NCBI GenBank assembly: GCA_965648935.1
Contig: CBFGIY010000001.1
Coordinates: 1-32,783, forward strand
Reading direction: 5' to 3'
DNA length: 32,783 nucleotides
Source of the DNA: a candidate division WOR-3 bacterium
GTDB taxonomy: Bacteria > Hydrothermota > Tepidihabitantia > Tepidihabitantales > Tepidihabitantaceae
A model generated the notes under the pieces. It was not told the origin of the DNA, did not search any database, and was given only the letters and a program-made list of their open reading frames with translations. Position numbers and translations under genes: made by a program. Positions 8,261 through 16,653 of this stretch are shown here, one piece after another. Numbering within the stretch: position 1 is the stretch's first letter; every line of letters begins with the position of its first letter.

Positions 8261-11200
8261 GTGGCAGCACGCTTCCGCTTCATCGTCCGCTCAATCGCGC
8301 TCTTGACGCTCGCTGCCTCGGCATATGCCGTGCCGCCGGTTGACGGCGCACGCTATCTGGTAATCGCCGAGGACGCCTGGACAGGCCTGGTCCAGCCGCT
8401 TGCCGACTGGCAGAGCGCGCGCGGGCTCGCGGCCCGCGTCGTGCCGCTGTCGGTTGCCGGCTCGACGCCGGCCGCAGTGCGCAGCTACATCCGCAACGCC
8501 TGGAACAACTGGCCGGTGCGGCCCGACCACGTGCTGCTTGCCTGCTCGCCCGCCGCCCTGCCCGGCTACGGGTACTACGACGACACCTACTACGGCGACA
8601 TGGCCGGCGACTACCGGATGGAGCTCGCGGTCGGCCGCCTGCCCGCCGAGAACGCGGCCGAACTGCGCGCGATGGTCGCAAAGACCCTGTTCTACTCGCT
8701 CCTGCCCGACACCGCCGACCTCGCCTTCCTGCTCAAGGGCGCGACCGTCATCGGCGACGATGACCCCCTGAACCCCGACCCGTACTACGAGGCCGACTGC
8801 CGGGTCGCGCATCGCCACTGGCGCGACCGCGGCTACACCCGCATCGACAGCCTGCACAACTTCCGCGGCGACTCATCCCCCCAGGCCACGGCCTCACTCA
8901 ACGACGGCCGCGCCTTCATCGGATTCCGCGGCGTTGCCGGCGGATTCTGGGGCGGGTACTGGGACTTCTATCCCGACACCAGCTGGCGCAACGGCGCGCG
9001 CCTGCCCGTGTTCGTGTCGGCGACCTGCGCGACCTCCTCGGTCGCGCCCGGCGAAGAGATGCTCGGCAACCTCGCGATGCGCTGGGGCGACCCGGACGAA
9101 CTCGGCGGCGCGGTGGCATACTTCGGCACGACCCTGCTCGGTGTGTCCATCGCGCGCTACCGCAGCGCCGTGTTCCGCGGGTTCTTCGACGCGGTCTACG
9201 CCGAGACCGCCGCCGACCTCGGCGCGGCCACACTGCGCGGCCGGTTCCGCTGCGACTCGCTCTACCGCAACGCCGAACGCTACACCGAGTGGGCGCTCTT
9301 CGGCGACCCGGCCCTGCCCCTGTGGACCGGCCTGCCCCGCTCGCTCGAAGTCGGCCACGAACAACTGGTCCGCACCGGCGCGCAAACCTTCGCGGTCAGC
9401 GTCCGGTCGGCCGGCGCGCCGGTCCAGAGCGCCCTGGTCTGTCTCTGGCAGGATTCGACCGTCTACGCCGTCGATACCACCGATGCCGCGGGCAACGCCG
9501 CGCTCGCCATCAGCCCGACCCTGCCCGGCCTGCTCCGCGTCACGGTCACCGGCGCCAACCTGCGCCCCTATCGCGGCGAGTGCGTCGTCGCGGTGACCGG
9601 CGCGCCCTGCGTGCTCCACGCCCGCCACGCATTTGACGACGCGCCGCCCTCTGGCAACGGCGACGGCATCCCCGGCCCGGGCGAGCTCGTCGGCGCCGCG
9701 CTCTGGCTGCGCAACCAGGGCGACTCGGCCGCGCCCGACGTGAGGGTGACGCTCGCCAGCGCCGACAGCTTCATAGTGATGCTCGACTCCGCCGTGATGG
9801 CCGGCACCATCGCCGGGCTCGACTCGGCGCTGGTCGGCCCGGCCGGCCTGCGCTTCCTCGTCCGCCCCGACTGCCCGGACGGCCGCATCGTCAGCTTCAC
9901 GGTGCGCTGCGCCGACAGCCGCGGCCGCGCCTGGACTTCGGGCTTCCCGGCGCTGGTCGGCGCGCCCAACGCCGTGCTGCTCGACACCGCCTTTGCCGAC
10001 TCATCGGGCAACCGCAACGGCCGGCCCGACCCCGACGAAACCGTCGAGGTCTACTTCCAGTTGCGCAACACCGGCAACGGCACGCTCAGCGAGGCGCTGC
10101 TGCGCGTTGCCTGTCCTGACCCGCGCGTCAGCGTCACCGACTCGCTCGCCGCCTACGGCTCGATCCTGCCCGGCGGCCGCGCCTGGAACTCGGCCGACCC
10201 GGTCGAGGTCCGCATCGGCGCGATGGTGCCCGAGACCCGCATACCCCTGGCCCTGCGCATCACCGGCATCGGCTATGCCCGCGAGGAGACTATCACCGTC
10301 ACGGTCGGCCGCCTCACCCCGCGCGACCCGATTGCCGACGGCCCGCGCACCCCGCCGCTCTACTGGGCCTACGACAACGGCGACATCGCCTACCCCGAAC
10401 ACCCGACCTTTGACTGGGTTGAAACGCGCGCGCGCGGCGCCCGACTGCCGGTGACGGTCGTCACGCCCGCGGTGCTGGAACTGCCGGCCGAATTCGGCCC
10501 GTTTGTCTACTACGGCCGGCGCTACGACCGGCTGTCCGTGGCCGCGCACGGCTGGCTCGCCCCGGGCTTGACCACATTCCGCGCCTCGCTGAACCAGCGC
10601 CTGCCCCGGGGCAGCGGCCCGGGCCTGCTCTGCCCGGCCTGGGACGGCATCTACCCCGACTCGGGCAACGGCATCTGGTACTGGCACGACGCCGACAACC
10701 ACCGGCTCGTCATCACGTGGGACTCCTGCCGCTACTTCAGCCCCTACCAGTCGTACTGGGACCGCTTCCAGGTCGTCATCCACGATACGACCCGTGCCGC
10801 GCGCGACGGCAACTCCGAGTTCACCTTCCAGTACGCCACAGCCAGCCTCTTCCGCTCCGCGACCATCGGCATCCAGGACTCCACCGGCCGCATCGGCATC
10901 ACCTGCCTGCACGACACGGGCTACTTCCGCGCCACCCAGCGCATCACGCCCGGCCGCGCCATCAAGTTCACCACTGACGTCCCCCTGTACGGCATCTTCG
11001 ACGCGCCGGTCGAACCGCCCCCGGGGGCCGGGTTGCGCCTGCCCGCCATCCTGCGCGGTGAACTCCTGCGCCTGCCCGCCGGCACCGACCCCGGCACTGT
11101 CCGCATCTACGACCCATCGGGCCGCCTCGTTCTTGCTCGACCGGTCAACCGCTCGACCGCCGGAACGCTTTCCCTGCGCGGCCTTCCTGCCGGCGTCTAC

Positions 11201-11263
11201 CTCCTCCGCTATGAGTCCGCCTCAGCCGCCGCGCAGACCCACAAACTGCTTCTCCTCCGCTAG
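8261..11263 (+). CDS. C25 (gingipain-family) peptidase-like secreted protein with T9SS-like CTD; no propeptide, catalytic His apparently absent
   Basis: Signal peptide. C25 motifs YLVI..., DTYYGD, LAVGRLPA, SATC, GGAVAYFG, LFGDPALPL. NGDG.P.PGE Ig-like domains. CTD IYDPSGRLV...LPAGVYLLR...KLLLLR. Confidence 0.85.
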   Translation: MAARFRFIVRSIALLTLAASAYAVPPVDGARYLVIAEDAWTGLVQPLADWQSARGLAARVVPLSVAGSTPAAVRSYIRNAWNNWPVRPDHVLLACSPAALPGYGYYDDTYYGDMAGDYRMELAVGRLPAENAAELRAMVAKTLFYSLLPDTADLAFLLKGATVIGDDDPLNPDPYYEADCRVAHRHWRDRGYTRIDSLHNFRGDSSPQATASLNDGRAFIGFRGVAGGFWGGYWDFYPDTSWRNGARLPVFVSATCATSSVAPGEEMLGNLAMRWGDPDELGGAVAYFGTTLLGVSIARYRSAVFRGFFDAVYAETAADLGAATLRGRFRCDSLYRNAERYTEWALFGDPALPLWTGLPRSLEVGHEQLVRTGAQTFAVSVRSAGAPVQSALVCLWQDSTVYAVDTTDAAGNAALAISPTLPGLLRVTVTGANLRPYRGECVVAVTGAPCVLHARHAFDDAPPSGNGDGIPGPGELVGAALWLRNQGDSAAPDVRVTLASADSFIVMLDSAVMAGTIAGLDSALVGPAGLRFLVRPDCPDGRIVSFTVRCADSRGRAWTSGFPALVGAPNAVLLDTAFADSSGNRNGRPDPDETVEVYFQLRNTGNGTLSEALLRVACPDPRVSVTDSLAAYGSILPGGRAWNSADPVEVRIGAMVPETRIPLALRITGIGYAREETITVTVGRLTPRDPIADGPRTPPLYWAYDNGDIAYPEHPTFDWVETRARGARLPVTVVTPAVLELPAEFGPFVYYGRRYDRLSVAAHGWLAPGLTTFRASLNQRLPRGSGPGLLCPAWDGIYPDSGNGIWYWHDADNHRLVITWDSCRYFSPYQSYWDRFQVVIHDTTRAARDGNSEFTFQYATASLFRSATIGIQDSTGRIGITCLHDTGYFRATQRITPGRAIKFTTDVPLYGIFDAPVEPPPGAGLRLPAILRGELLRLPAGTDPGTVRIYDPSGRLVLARPVNRSTAGTLSLRGLPAGVYLLRYESASAAAQTHKLLLLR

Positions 11264-11544
11264 CCCGGCCGCGTCTGCACCCGGCTGATCACGACCGGCA
11301 TCGCCCGGCTCATCACCCTCTCCGCGCCCGTCAGCCTCCAGACCTTCTGTCCACTCCCGCAGCGACTCTGCTCATCGCAATATTATGATACGATGACTAT
11401 CCTGCGAGGCTAAACTCGCTGACAGGACGAAACCGGGGCTAACTGACGAATTGTCGGCAGCTTGCGCGGAGGGTGCGCAGAACCCCCTCTCGTCCCCGGG
11501 GCGGTCCGGCAGGCTGCCTTGCCGGCACTCGCCCGCCTCGTTCC

Positions 11545-11562
11545 GGCCGCCTTCAGGCGGCC
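11545..11562. terminator. GC-rich hairpin just downstream of the 4Fe-4S gene (terminator-like)
   Basis: GGCCGCC-TTCA-GGCGGCC perfect 7-bp stem. No clear U-tract. Confidence 0.35.
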
Positions 11563-11572
11563 CCTGCGGACG

Positions 11573-12133
11573 CTACTCGTCCCGTTCGACCATCGTGATG
11601 CAGGACACCGGGCAGGCGTCGACGCACAGGCCGCAGCCGAAGCAGTTCTTGCGGATGACCCGGAGCGAGTCGCCGTCCATCTCCCGCGCCCCGAAGTAGC
11701 ACACCGGGATGCACCCGCCGCAGTCGGTGCACTCGTCTCGATCGGTCTCCTCAATCAAGTCGCCCTTGTCGCAGGTGAACTTGTCCTCTTCCTGGAAGTA
11801 GCCGCAGCAGTCGTCGCAGCAGAAGCAGATGCCGTCCACGCGCAGGCGCGTGGCGTCGTCGCGGAACGGCCGGGTGACGAGGCTGGCCTCGTCGGCGAGG
11901 TCGACCAGGGCCAGCGCCTCGTCGCGGCTCGCCTTGCGCCGGTTCCTGCCCTCGGCCGCGGTGACCGCGTGGAACTCGAGGCAGACGTCTTTTCTGGACC
12001 GGGCGCAGCCCGGGCCCTTCACCCGGCAGCCGCACTCGCCGATGTAGAACTCGGTCTCCTTGCCGATCAGCTCGCGCGCCTCGTCGTGCGTGCAGACAAA
12101 ATGCAGGTTCGTGCGGCCGGGATTCTCTTTCAT
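11573..12133 (-). CDS. 4Fe-4S dicluster (ferredoxin-like) protein
   Basis: CTDCGGCIPVC and CFGCGLCVDACP motifs plus N-terminal CGCR..C..C and ICFCCDDCC. GAGG SD. Confidence 0.9.
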   Translation of the reverse strand: MKENPGRTNLHFVCTHDEARELIGKETEFYIGECGCRVKGPGCARSRKDVCLEFHAVTAAEGRNRRKASRDEALALVDLADEASLVTRPFRDDATRLRVDGICFCCDDCCGYFQEEDKFTCDKGDLIEETDRDECTDCGGCIPVCYFGAREMDGDSLRVIRKNCFGCGLCVDACPVSCITMVERDE

Positions 12134-12152
12134 AACGGGTTACCTCGGTCTG

Positions 12153-12272
12153 ATTCTGACAGCCCCGAGCCGCAGGTCAAGCGGCGGCTGCTCCAAGAAC
12201 CTCAGGCCGCAGCAGCCGGGCCATCGATAAGCGCCATCCGAAGATTGCCCGACTGCCGTTCCAGCGTATAAT
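12153..12272. promoter_or_regulatory. divergent sigma70-type promoters
   Basis: Minus strand: TTGACC(12180-12175), 16 nt, CAGAAT(12158-12153). Plus strand: TTGCCC(12245-12250), 16 nt, TATAAT(12267-12272). Confidence 0.55.
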
Positions 12273-12298
12273 TGCTGTTCGCAATACTGGAGGTCACA

Positions 12299-13198
12299 TT
12301 GCTGCGCACCAATTCCGACCGCGTCGTGAAAGTCTCGGTCCAGGGCAAGGTATCCTACCCCTCGGGCCGGCGCGGCTACTCGGTTGACGCCGAGGGCCGG
12401 CCGTTCATGCTGCCCGGTATCGGCGGCATCTGCTACAATGTCCGCGTCGGCGACCCGGCGTTCGGCTGGGCCGGGGACCACGTCGAGCCGGGCGTGTCGA
12501 CCTGCGTTGACCCGGAGAAGCGGATGGACCCGGCCAACACCTCCTACCATTTCTACTCCTGCGTCGGCAACGAGGTGCGGGTGGTGTCGGGCGACGCCAA
12601 GGGCGCGCGCGGCGTCGTCACCGGCCACCACGGCGGGGCCGAGCACGTGCTGGTTGACTTCGCCCCGGCCGTGCTTGACAAACTCACCCTCGACGACAAG
12701 TTCCTCGTGATGGCCTGGGGCCAGGGCCTCAAGCTCCTCGACTACCCCGACGTCCACGTGATGAACCTCGACCCCGGACTGCTGAACAGAATGGGCATCA
12801 AGGCGCAGAAGGGCGGCCGGCTCGAGGTGCCGGTGGCCGCGGTCGTGCCCGGCTACCTGATGGGCTCGGGCGTCGGCTCGACCTCGATGGGCACCGGCGA
12901 CTACGACGTGATGACCACGGACCGGGCCGAGATTGCCCGGCTGGGCCTGGACAAGCTGCGCTTCGGCGACTTCGTGGCCATCACCGACCACGACAACGTC
13001 TACGGCCGGAGCTGGCGCAAAGGCGCGGTCACGATCGGCATCGTCATTCACGCCGACTGCCTCGTGGCCGGGCACGGGCCGGGCGTGACCACGCTGCTCT
13101 CCTCGGCCCGGCCCCTGCTTGTCCCGAAACTGGACAGGCGCGCCAACATTGCCGACATCCTGCGCATCGGCACGCGCCGGCCCGCGCGGCGCCGCTGA
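12299..13198 (+). CDS. DUF4438 family protein
   Basis: MLRTN start (TTG 12299 after GGAGG). PGIGGICYNVRVGD, GDHVEPGVS, GHHGGAEH, MGSGVG, GDYD and GHGPGVT motifs recalled for this family. Confidence 0.85.
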   Translation: MLRTNSDRVVKVSVQGKVSYPSGRRGYSVDAEGRPFMLPGIGGICYNVRVGDPAFGWAGDHVEPGVSTCVDPEKRMDPANTSYHFYSCVGNEVRVVSGDAKGARGVVTGHHGGAEHVLVDFAPAVLDKLTLDDKFLVMAWGQGLKLLDYPDVHVMNLDPGLLNRMGIKAQKGGRLEVPVAAVVPGYLMGSGVGSTSMGTGDYDVMTTDRAEIARLGLDKLRFGDFVAITDHDNVYGRSWRKGAVTIGIVIHADCLVAGHGPGVTTLLSSARPLLVPKLDRRANIADILRIGTRRPARRR

Positions 13199-13204
13199 CC
13201 TTCC

Positions 13205-13232
13205 TTGACCTGCCTGTCGGACAGAGTATCCT
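13205..13232 (+). promoter_or_regulatory. sigma70-type promoter, leaderless
   Basis: TTGACC, 16 nt, TATCCT. ATG 7 nt downstream with no SD. Confidence 0.6.
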
Positions 13233-13239
13233 TTCTCTG

Positions 13240-13695
13240 ATGATTCAGGGCGTCCAGCTCAAAGCGCTCAGGCGCATCCCGGACGAACGCGGTTTGGTGA
13301 TGGAGATACTGCGCTGCGACGACGAGCTCTTCGAGAAGTTCGGCCAGGTGTATCTGTCCGTCGTCTATCCCGGCGTGGTCAAGGGATGGCACTCGCACCG
13401 CATCCAGACCGACCATTTCGCCATCGTGCGCGGCATGGCCAAGGTCGTGCTCTACGACGACCGGCCCGGCTCGCCGACGCGGGGCGAGGTCGTCGAGCTT
13501 TTTCTCGGCGACCAGAACCCGCAACTGGTGAAGATCCCGCCCGGCGTGCTCCACGGGATGAAAGGCATCGGCACCGAACCGGCCTGCATGATCAACATCC
13601 CGACCGAACCGTACGACCGCGAGAACCCGGACGAGATACGCCGGCCGCCCGACGACCCGTCAATCCCCTACGACTGGAAACTGAAGGAAGGCTGA
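13240..13695 (+). CDS. dTDP-4-dehydrorhamnose 3,5-epimerase-family cupin (RmlC-like)
   Basis: [34 protein letters not shown] motifs. Confidence 0.85.
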   Translation: MIQGVQLKALRRIPDERGLVMEILRCDDELFEKFGQVYLSVVYPGVVKGWHSHRIQTDHFAIVRGMAKVVLYDDRPGSPTRGEVVELFLGDQNPQLVKIPPGVLHGMKGIGTEPACMINIPTEPYDRENPDEIRRPPDDPSIPYDWKLKEG

Positions 13696-14960
13696 TGCCG
13701 GCACGCACCGCCGCCCGCAGCGGCAGCGCCCGCGGCTTCGCCACGGTCGACGAAGCCATAAGGGACATCCGCGCCGGCCGGCTGGTCATCGTCACCGACG
13801 ACGAATCGCGCGAGAACGAAGGCGACCTGGTCTGCGCCGCCGCGAAGGTGACGCCGGACAAGGTGAACTTCATGGCCCGGCACGGCCGCGGCCTGGTCTG
13901 CGTGTCGCTCTCGGCCGAGCGCTGCGCCGCGCTGAACCTCGCGCCCCAGGCCGGCGACAACACCGCGCTGCACGGCACCGCGTTCACCGTATCGGTCGAC
14001 GCGGTCAAGGGCACGACCACCGGCATCTCGGCCCACGACCGCGCCGCGACCATCAGGGCGCTGGTCAACCCGCGCACCCGGCCCGAGGACCTCGCCCGGC
14101 CCGGCCATGTCTTCCCGCTGGTCGCGGCCGAGGGCGGCGTGCTCGTGCGCGCCGGCCACACCGAGGCCGCGGCCGACCTCGCCCGCCTCGCCGGGCTCGA
14201 ACCGGCCGGCGTGCTCTGCGAGATAATGGCCGACAGCGGCAGGATGGCGCGCCTGCCCGAGCTGCAGCGCTTCGCGCGCCGGTTCAGGCTGAAGATCGTC
14301 ACCATCCGCGACCTCATCGCCTGGCGCCGCCGGCGCGAGAAGCTGGTCAAGCGCATCGTCGAGACCACGCTGCCCACCGACTACGGCGAGTTTCGCTGCT
14401 ATGTCTACGAGGAAGTCGCCGAACCCTATGCCCACCTCGCGCTGGTGCGCGGCGACGTGCGCGGCCAGGAGCGCGTGCTCGTGCGGGTCCACTCCCAGTG
14501 CCTGACCGGCGACGTGCTCCACTCGCTGCGCTGCGACTGCGGGCCCCAGCTCGCCCGCGCGCTCGAGCTCATCGCCCGCGAGGGCCGGGGCGTGCTGCTC
14601 TACATGCGCCAGGAGGGCCGCGGCATCGGTATCGCCAACAAGCTCCGCGCCTACGCGCTGCAGGACAAGGGACTCGACACGGTTCAGGCCAATGTCGCGC
14701 TCGGGTTCGCGCCCGACCTGCGCGACTACGGCATCGGCGCCCAGATACTGGCCGACCTCGGGCTCTCCAGCATCCGGCTCCTGACCAACAACCCGCGCAA
14801 GATTGTCGGCCTGCGCGGCTTCGGGCTCGAGGTGGTCGAGCGCGTGCCGATAGTGGTGCGGCCCGGCCGGCGCAACGTGCGCTACCTCGTGACCAAGCGC
14901 GACCGGCTCGGCCACCTGCTGGGCGAAATCGAGAAAGGAATCAAAGATGGAAACCAGTGA
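13695..14960 (+). CDS. ribBA: bifunctional 3,4-dihydroxy-2-butanone-4-phosphate synthase / GTP cyclohydrolase II
   Basis: [58 protein letters not shown] overlaps the upstream TGA. Confidence 0.96.
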   Translation: MPARTAARSGSARGFATVDEAIRDIRAGRLVIVTDDESRENEGDLVCAAAKVTPDKVNFMARHGRGLVCVSLSAERCAALNLAPQAGDNTALHGTAFTVSVDAVKGTTTGISAHDRAATIRALVNPRTRPEDLARPGHVFPLVAAEGGVLVRAGHTEAAADLARLAGLEPAGVLCEIMADSGRMARLPELQRFARRFRLKIVTIRDLIAWRRRREKLVKRIVETTLPTDYGEFRCYVYEEVAEPYAHLALVRGDVRGQERVLVRVHSQCLTGDVLHSLRCDCGPQLARALELIAREGRGVLLYMRQEGRGIGIANKLRAYALQDKGLDTVQANVALGFAPDLRDYGIGAQILADLGLSSIRLLTNNPRKIVGLRGFGLEVVERVPIVVRPGRRNVRYLVTKRDRLGHLLGEIEKGIKDGNQ

Positions 14961-15411
14961 GCACAAGGGCAGGCTCGACGCCACGGGCAAGCGCTTCGCC
15001 CTGGTGGTTTCGCGCTTCAACGAGCTCATCAGCCGCCAGCTCAAGGACGGCGCGCTCGACTGCCTCGAGCGCCACAACGCGCGCTCGGCCGCGGTCTGGT
15101 GGGTCGCCGGCGCCTGGGAAATCCCCGGCGTCGCGCTCAAGCTGGCCCGGTCGGGCAAGCACGACGCGGTCATCGCGCTCGGCGCGGTCATCCGCGGCGA
15201 CACGCCCCACGCCGAGTACATCTCGGCCGAGGTCGCCAAGGGCCTGGCCCACGTTTACCTCGAGACCGGCGTGCCCGCGACCTTCGGCGTCATCACCGCC
15301 GACACGCTCGAACAGGCGCTCGAGCGCGCCGGCGCCAAGGCGGGCAACAAGGGCTGGGCCGCCGCGCTCTCGGCCATCGAGATGACCAGCCTCGGGGCCG
15401 ACATCGGCTAG
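14947..15411 (+). CDS. ribH: 6,7-dimethyl-8-ribityllumazine synthase
   Basis: [25 protein letters not shown] motifs. Confidence 0.96.
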   Translation: METSEHKGRLDATGKRFALVVSRFNELISRQLKDGALDCLERHNARSAAVWWVAGAWEIPGVALKLARSGKHDAVIALGAVIRGDTPHAEYISAEVAKGLAHVYLETGVPATFGVITADTLEQALERAGAKAGNKGWAAALSAIEMTSLGADIG

Positions 15412-15417
15412 CCGCGG

Positions 15418-15843
15418 ATGACCTCACGGCGCGTCGCGCGCGAGTGCGCGCTTGAGACCCTGTATCGCTTCGAGCTCGTGGGCGACGACCCGGACTCAGT
15501 CATCGACGAGATACTCTCCCGCAAGAACCCCTCGCGCGAGGCCGAGGAGTACCTGCGCCGGCTCGTCGCCGCGGTCCTCGACCACTCGGCCGACATCGAC
15601 AAGCTCCTGCGCCGCCACCTGCGCCGCTGGCGACTGGAGCGGCTGACCGCGCTCGACCGCGCCGCGCTGCGCTTCGCCGCGGCCGAGCTGGTCTACTTCG
15701 CCGACGTGCCGGCCAGGGTCATCATCAACGAGGCGGTCGACATCGCCAAGAAGTTCGGCGACGACAGCGCCGGCCGGTTCGTCAACGGCGTGCTCGACAG
15801 CATCTTCCGCGAAACCCGGCCCGGAGAAGGCGCGAGGGAATGA
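15418..15843 (+). CDS. nusB: transcription antitermination factor NusB
   Basis: RRVARE, W.LERL..LDR..LR, INEAVDIAKKFG, FVNGVLD. Canonical ribH-nusB order. Confidence 0.95.
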   Translation: MTSRRVARECALETLYRFELVGDDPDSVIDEILSRKNPSREAEEYLRRLVAAVLDHSADIDKLLRRHLRRWRLERLTALDRAALRFAAAELVYFADVPARVIINEAVDIAKKFGDDSAGRFVNGVLDSIFRETRPGEGARE

Positions 15844-16568
15844 AAGTCGGCATCTTCTCCGATGTCCACTCCAATCTCGAGGCCCTGCTCGCGGTGCTGC
15901 AGTTTTTGGAGAAATCGGACTGCTCGCAGCTTGTCTGCTGCGGCGACATCGTCGGCTACGGCCCGGACCCGGCCGCCTGCATCGAGACTATCCGCCGCTG
16001 CCGCGCGCGCGTGGTCTGCGGCAACCACGACGCGGCCGCGGTCGGCCGCAAGGACATCGCCGAGTTCAGCTCGGCCGCGGCCGAGGCGATTGTCTGGACG
16101 CGCGAGGCGCTGCGCGAGGCCGACCTCATCTACCTCGGCAACCTGCCCCTGACCGACCGCTTCGACCCGTTCTTCATCGCCCACGGCTCGCCCGGCGAAC
16201 CCGACCAGTTCGAGTACGTCTTCTCGCTGCGCGACGCTCAGGAGGCGCTCGAGGACTGCACCGACCCGGTCTGCCTTGTCGGCCACACCCACCGCCCCCT
16301 TGTTGTCGAGATCGCCAACGGCTCGCCGGCCGCCGCAGTCCAGGCCCAGCGCTTTCCCCTGCGCGACGGCGCCCGCTATCTTGTCAACCCCGGCAGCGTC
16401 GGCCAGCCGCGCGACGGCGACCCGCGCGCCTGCTGCATGATCTACGACTCCGCCGCCGCCGAGATGTCGCTGCACCGCCTGCCCTACGACGTCACCTCGG
16501 TCCAGGAGAAAATCCGCGCCGCCGGCCTGCCCGAGTTCCTCGCCGCCCGCCTCTCCTCGGGTCGCTAG
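15840..16568 (+). CDS. calcineurin-like metallophosphoesterase
   Basis: SDVHSN, GDIVGYG, GNHD, HGSP, GHTH, NPGSVGQPRDGDPRA motifs. Confidence 0.92.
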   Translation: MKVGIFSDVHSNLEALLAVLQFLEKSDCSQLVCCGDIVGYGPDPAACIETIRRCRARVVCGNHDAAAVGRKDIAEFSSAAAEAIVWTREALREADLIYLGNLPLTDRFDPFFIAHGSPGEPDQFEYVFSLRDAQEALEDCTDPVCLVGHTHRPLVVEIANGSPAAAVQAQRFPLRDGARYLVNPGSVGQPRDGDPRACCMIYDSAAAEMSLHRLPYDVTSVQEKIRAAGLPEFLAARLSSGR

Positions 16569-16609
16569 TCTCCGCCCGCCTTCCTCCAGCTCGGACCTGC
16601 AGGAAAGGA

Positions 16610-16637
16610 TGCGGCGGGGAGTCGCCTCCCCGCCGCA
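16610..16637. terminator. hairpin between convergent genes (likely intrinsic terminator)
   Basis: TGCGGCGGGGAG-TCGC-CTCCCCGCCGCA 12-bp perfect stem, followed by TCCTTTCC on the minus strand. Confidence 0.65.
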
Positions 16638-16653
16638 GAGTGACTCTCTCGGC

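Noticed and set aside
11366..11393. dif/Xer recombination site around TTATGATA
   Set aside because: Only a partial XerD-arm match, with no XerC-like arm at 6-bp spacing.
11390..11460. Hammerhead ribozyme (GGACGAAAC and CTGACGA both present)
   Set aside because: Order and spacing leave no room for stems I and III, and the upstream CGATGA does not match the CUGANGA core.
11430..11505. c-di-AMP (ydaO) riboswitch on the minus strand (CGTCAGTTAGCCCCG resembles its 3' end)
   Set aside because: The conserved 5' and central GAAUC elements are missing and no downstream same-strand gene exists to regulate.
13386..13694. N-terminal extension of ribBA (similar extensions on cmk, coaD and the LVIVD gene)
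   Set aside because: They overlap upstream genes or promoters. Downstream starts with SD or stop-start coupling fit better.
15840..16568. Metallophosphoesterase as the degrading partner of the CD-NTase-like enzyme
   Set aside because: It is 11 kb away, coupled to nusB in a housekeeping operon and from a widespread family. No evidence of a link.
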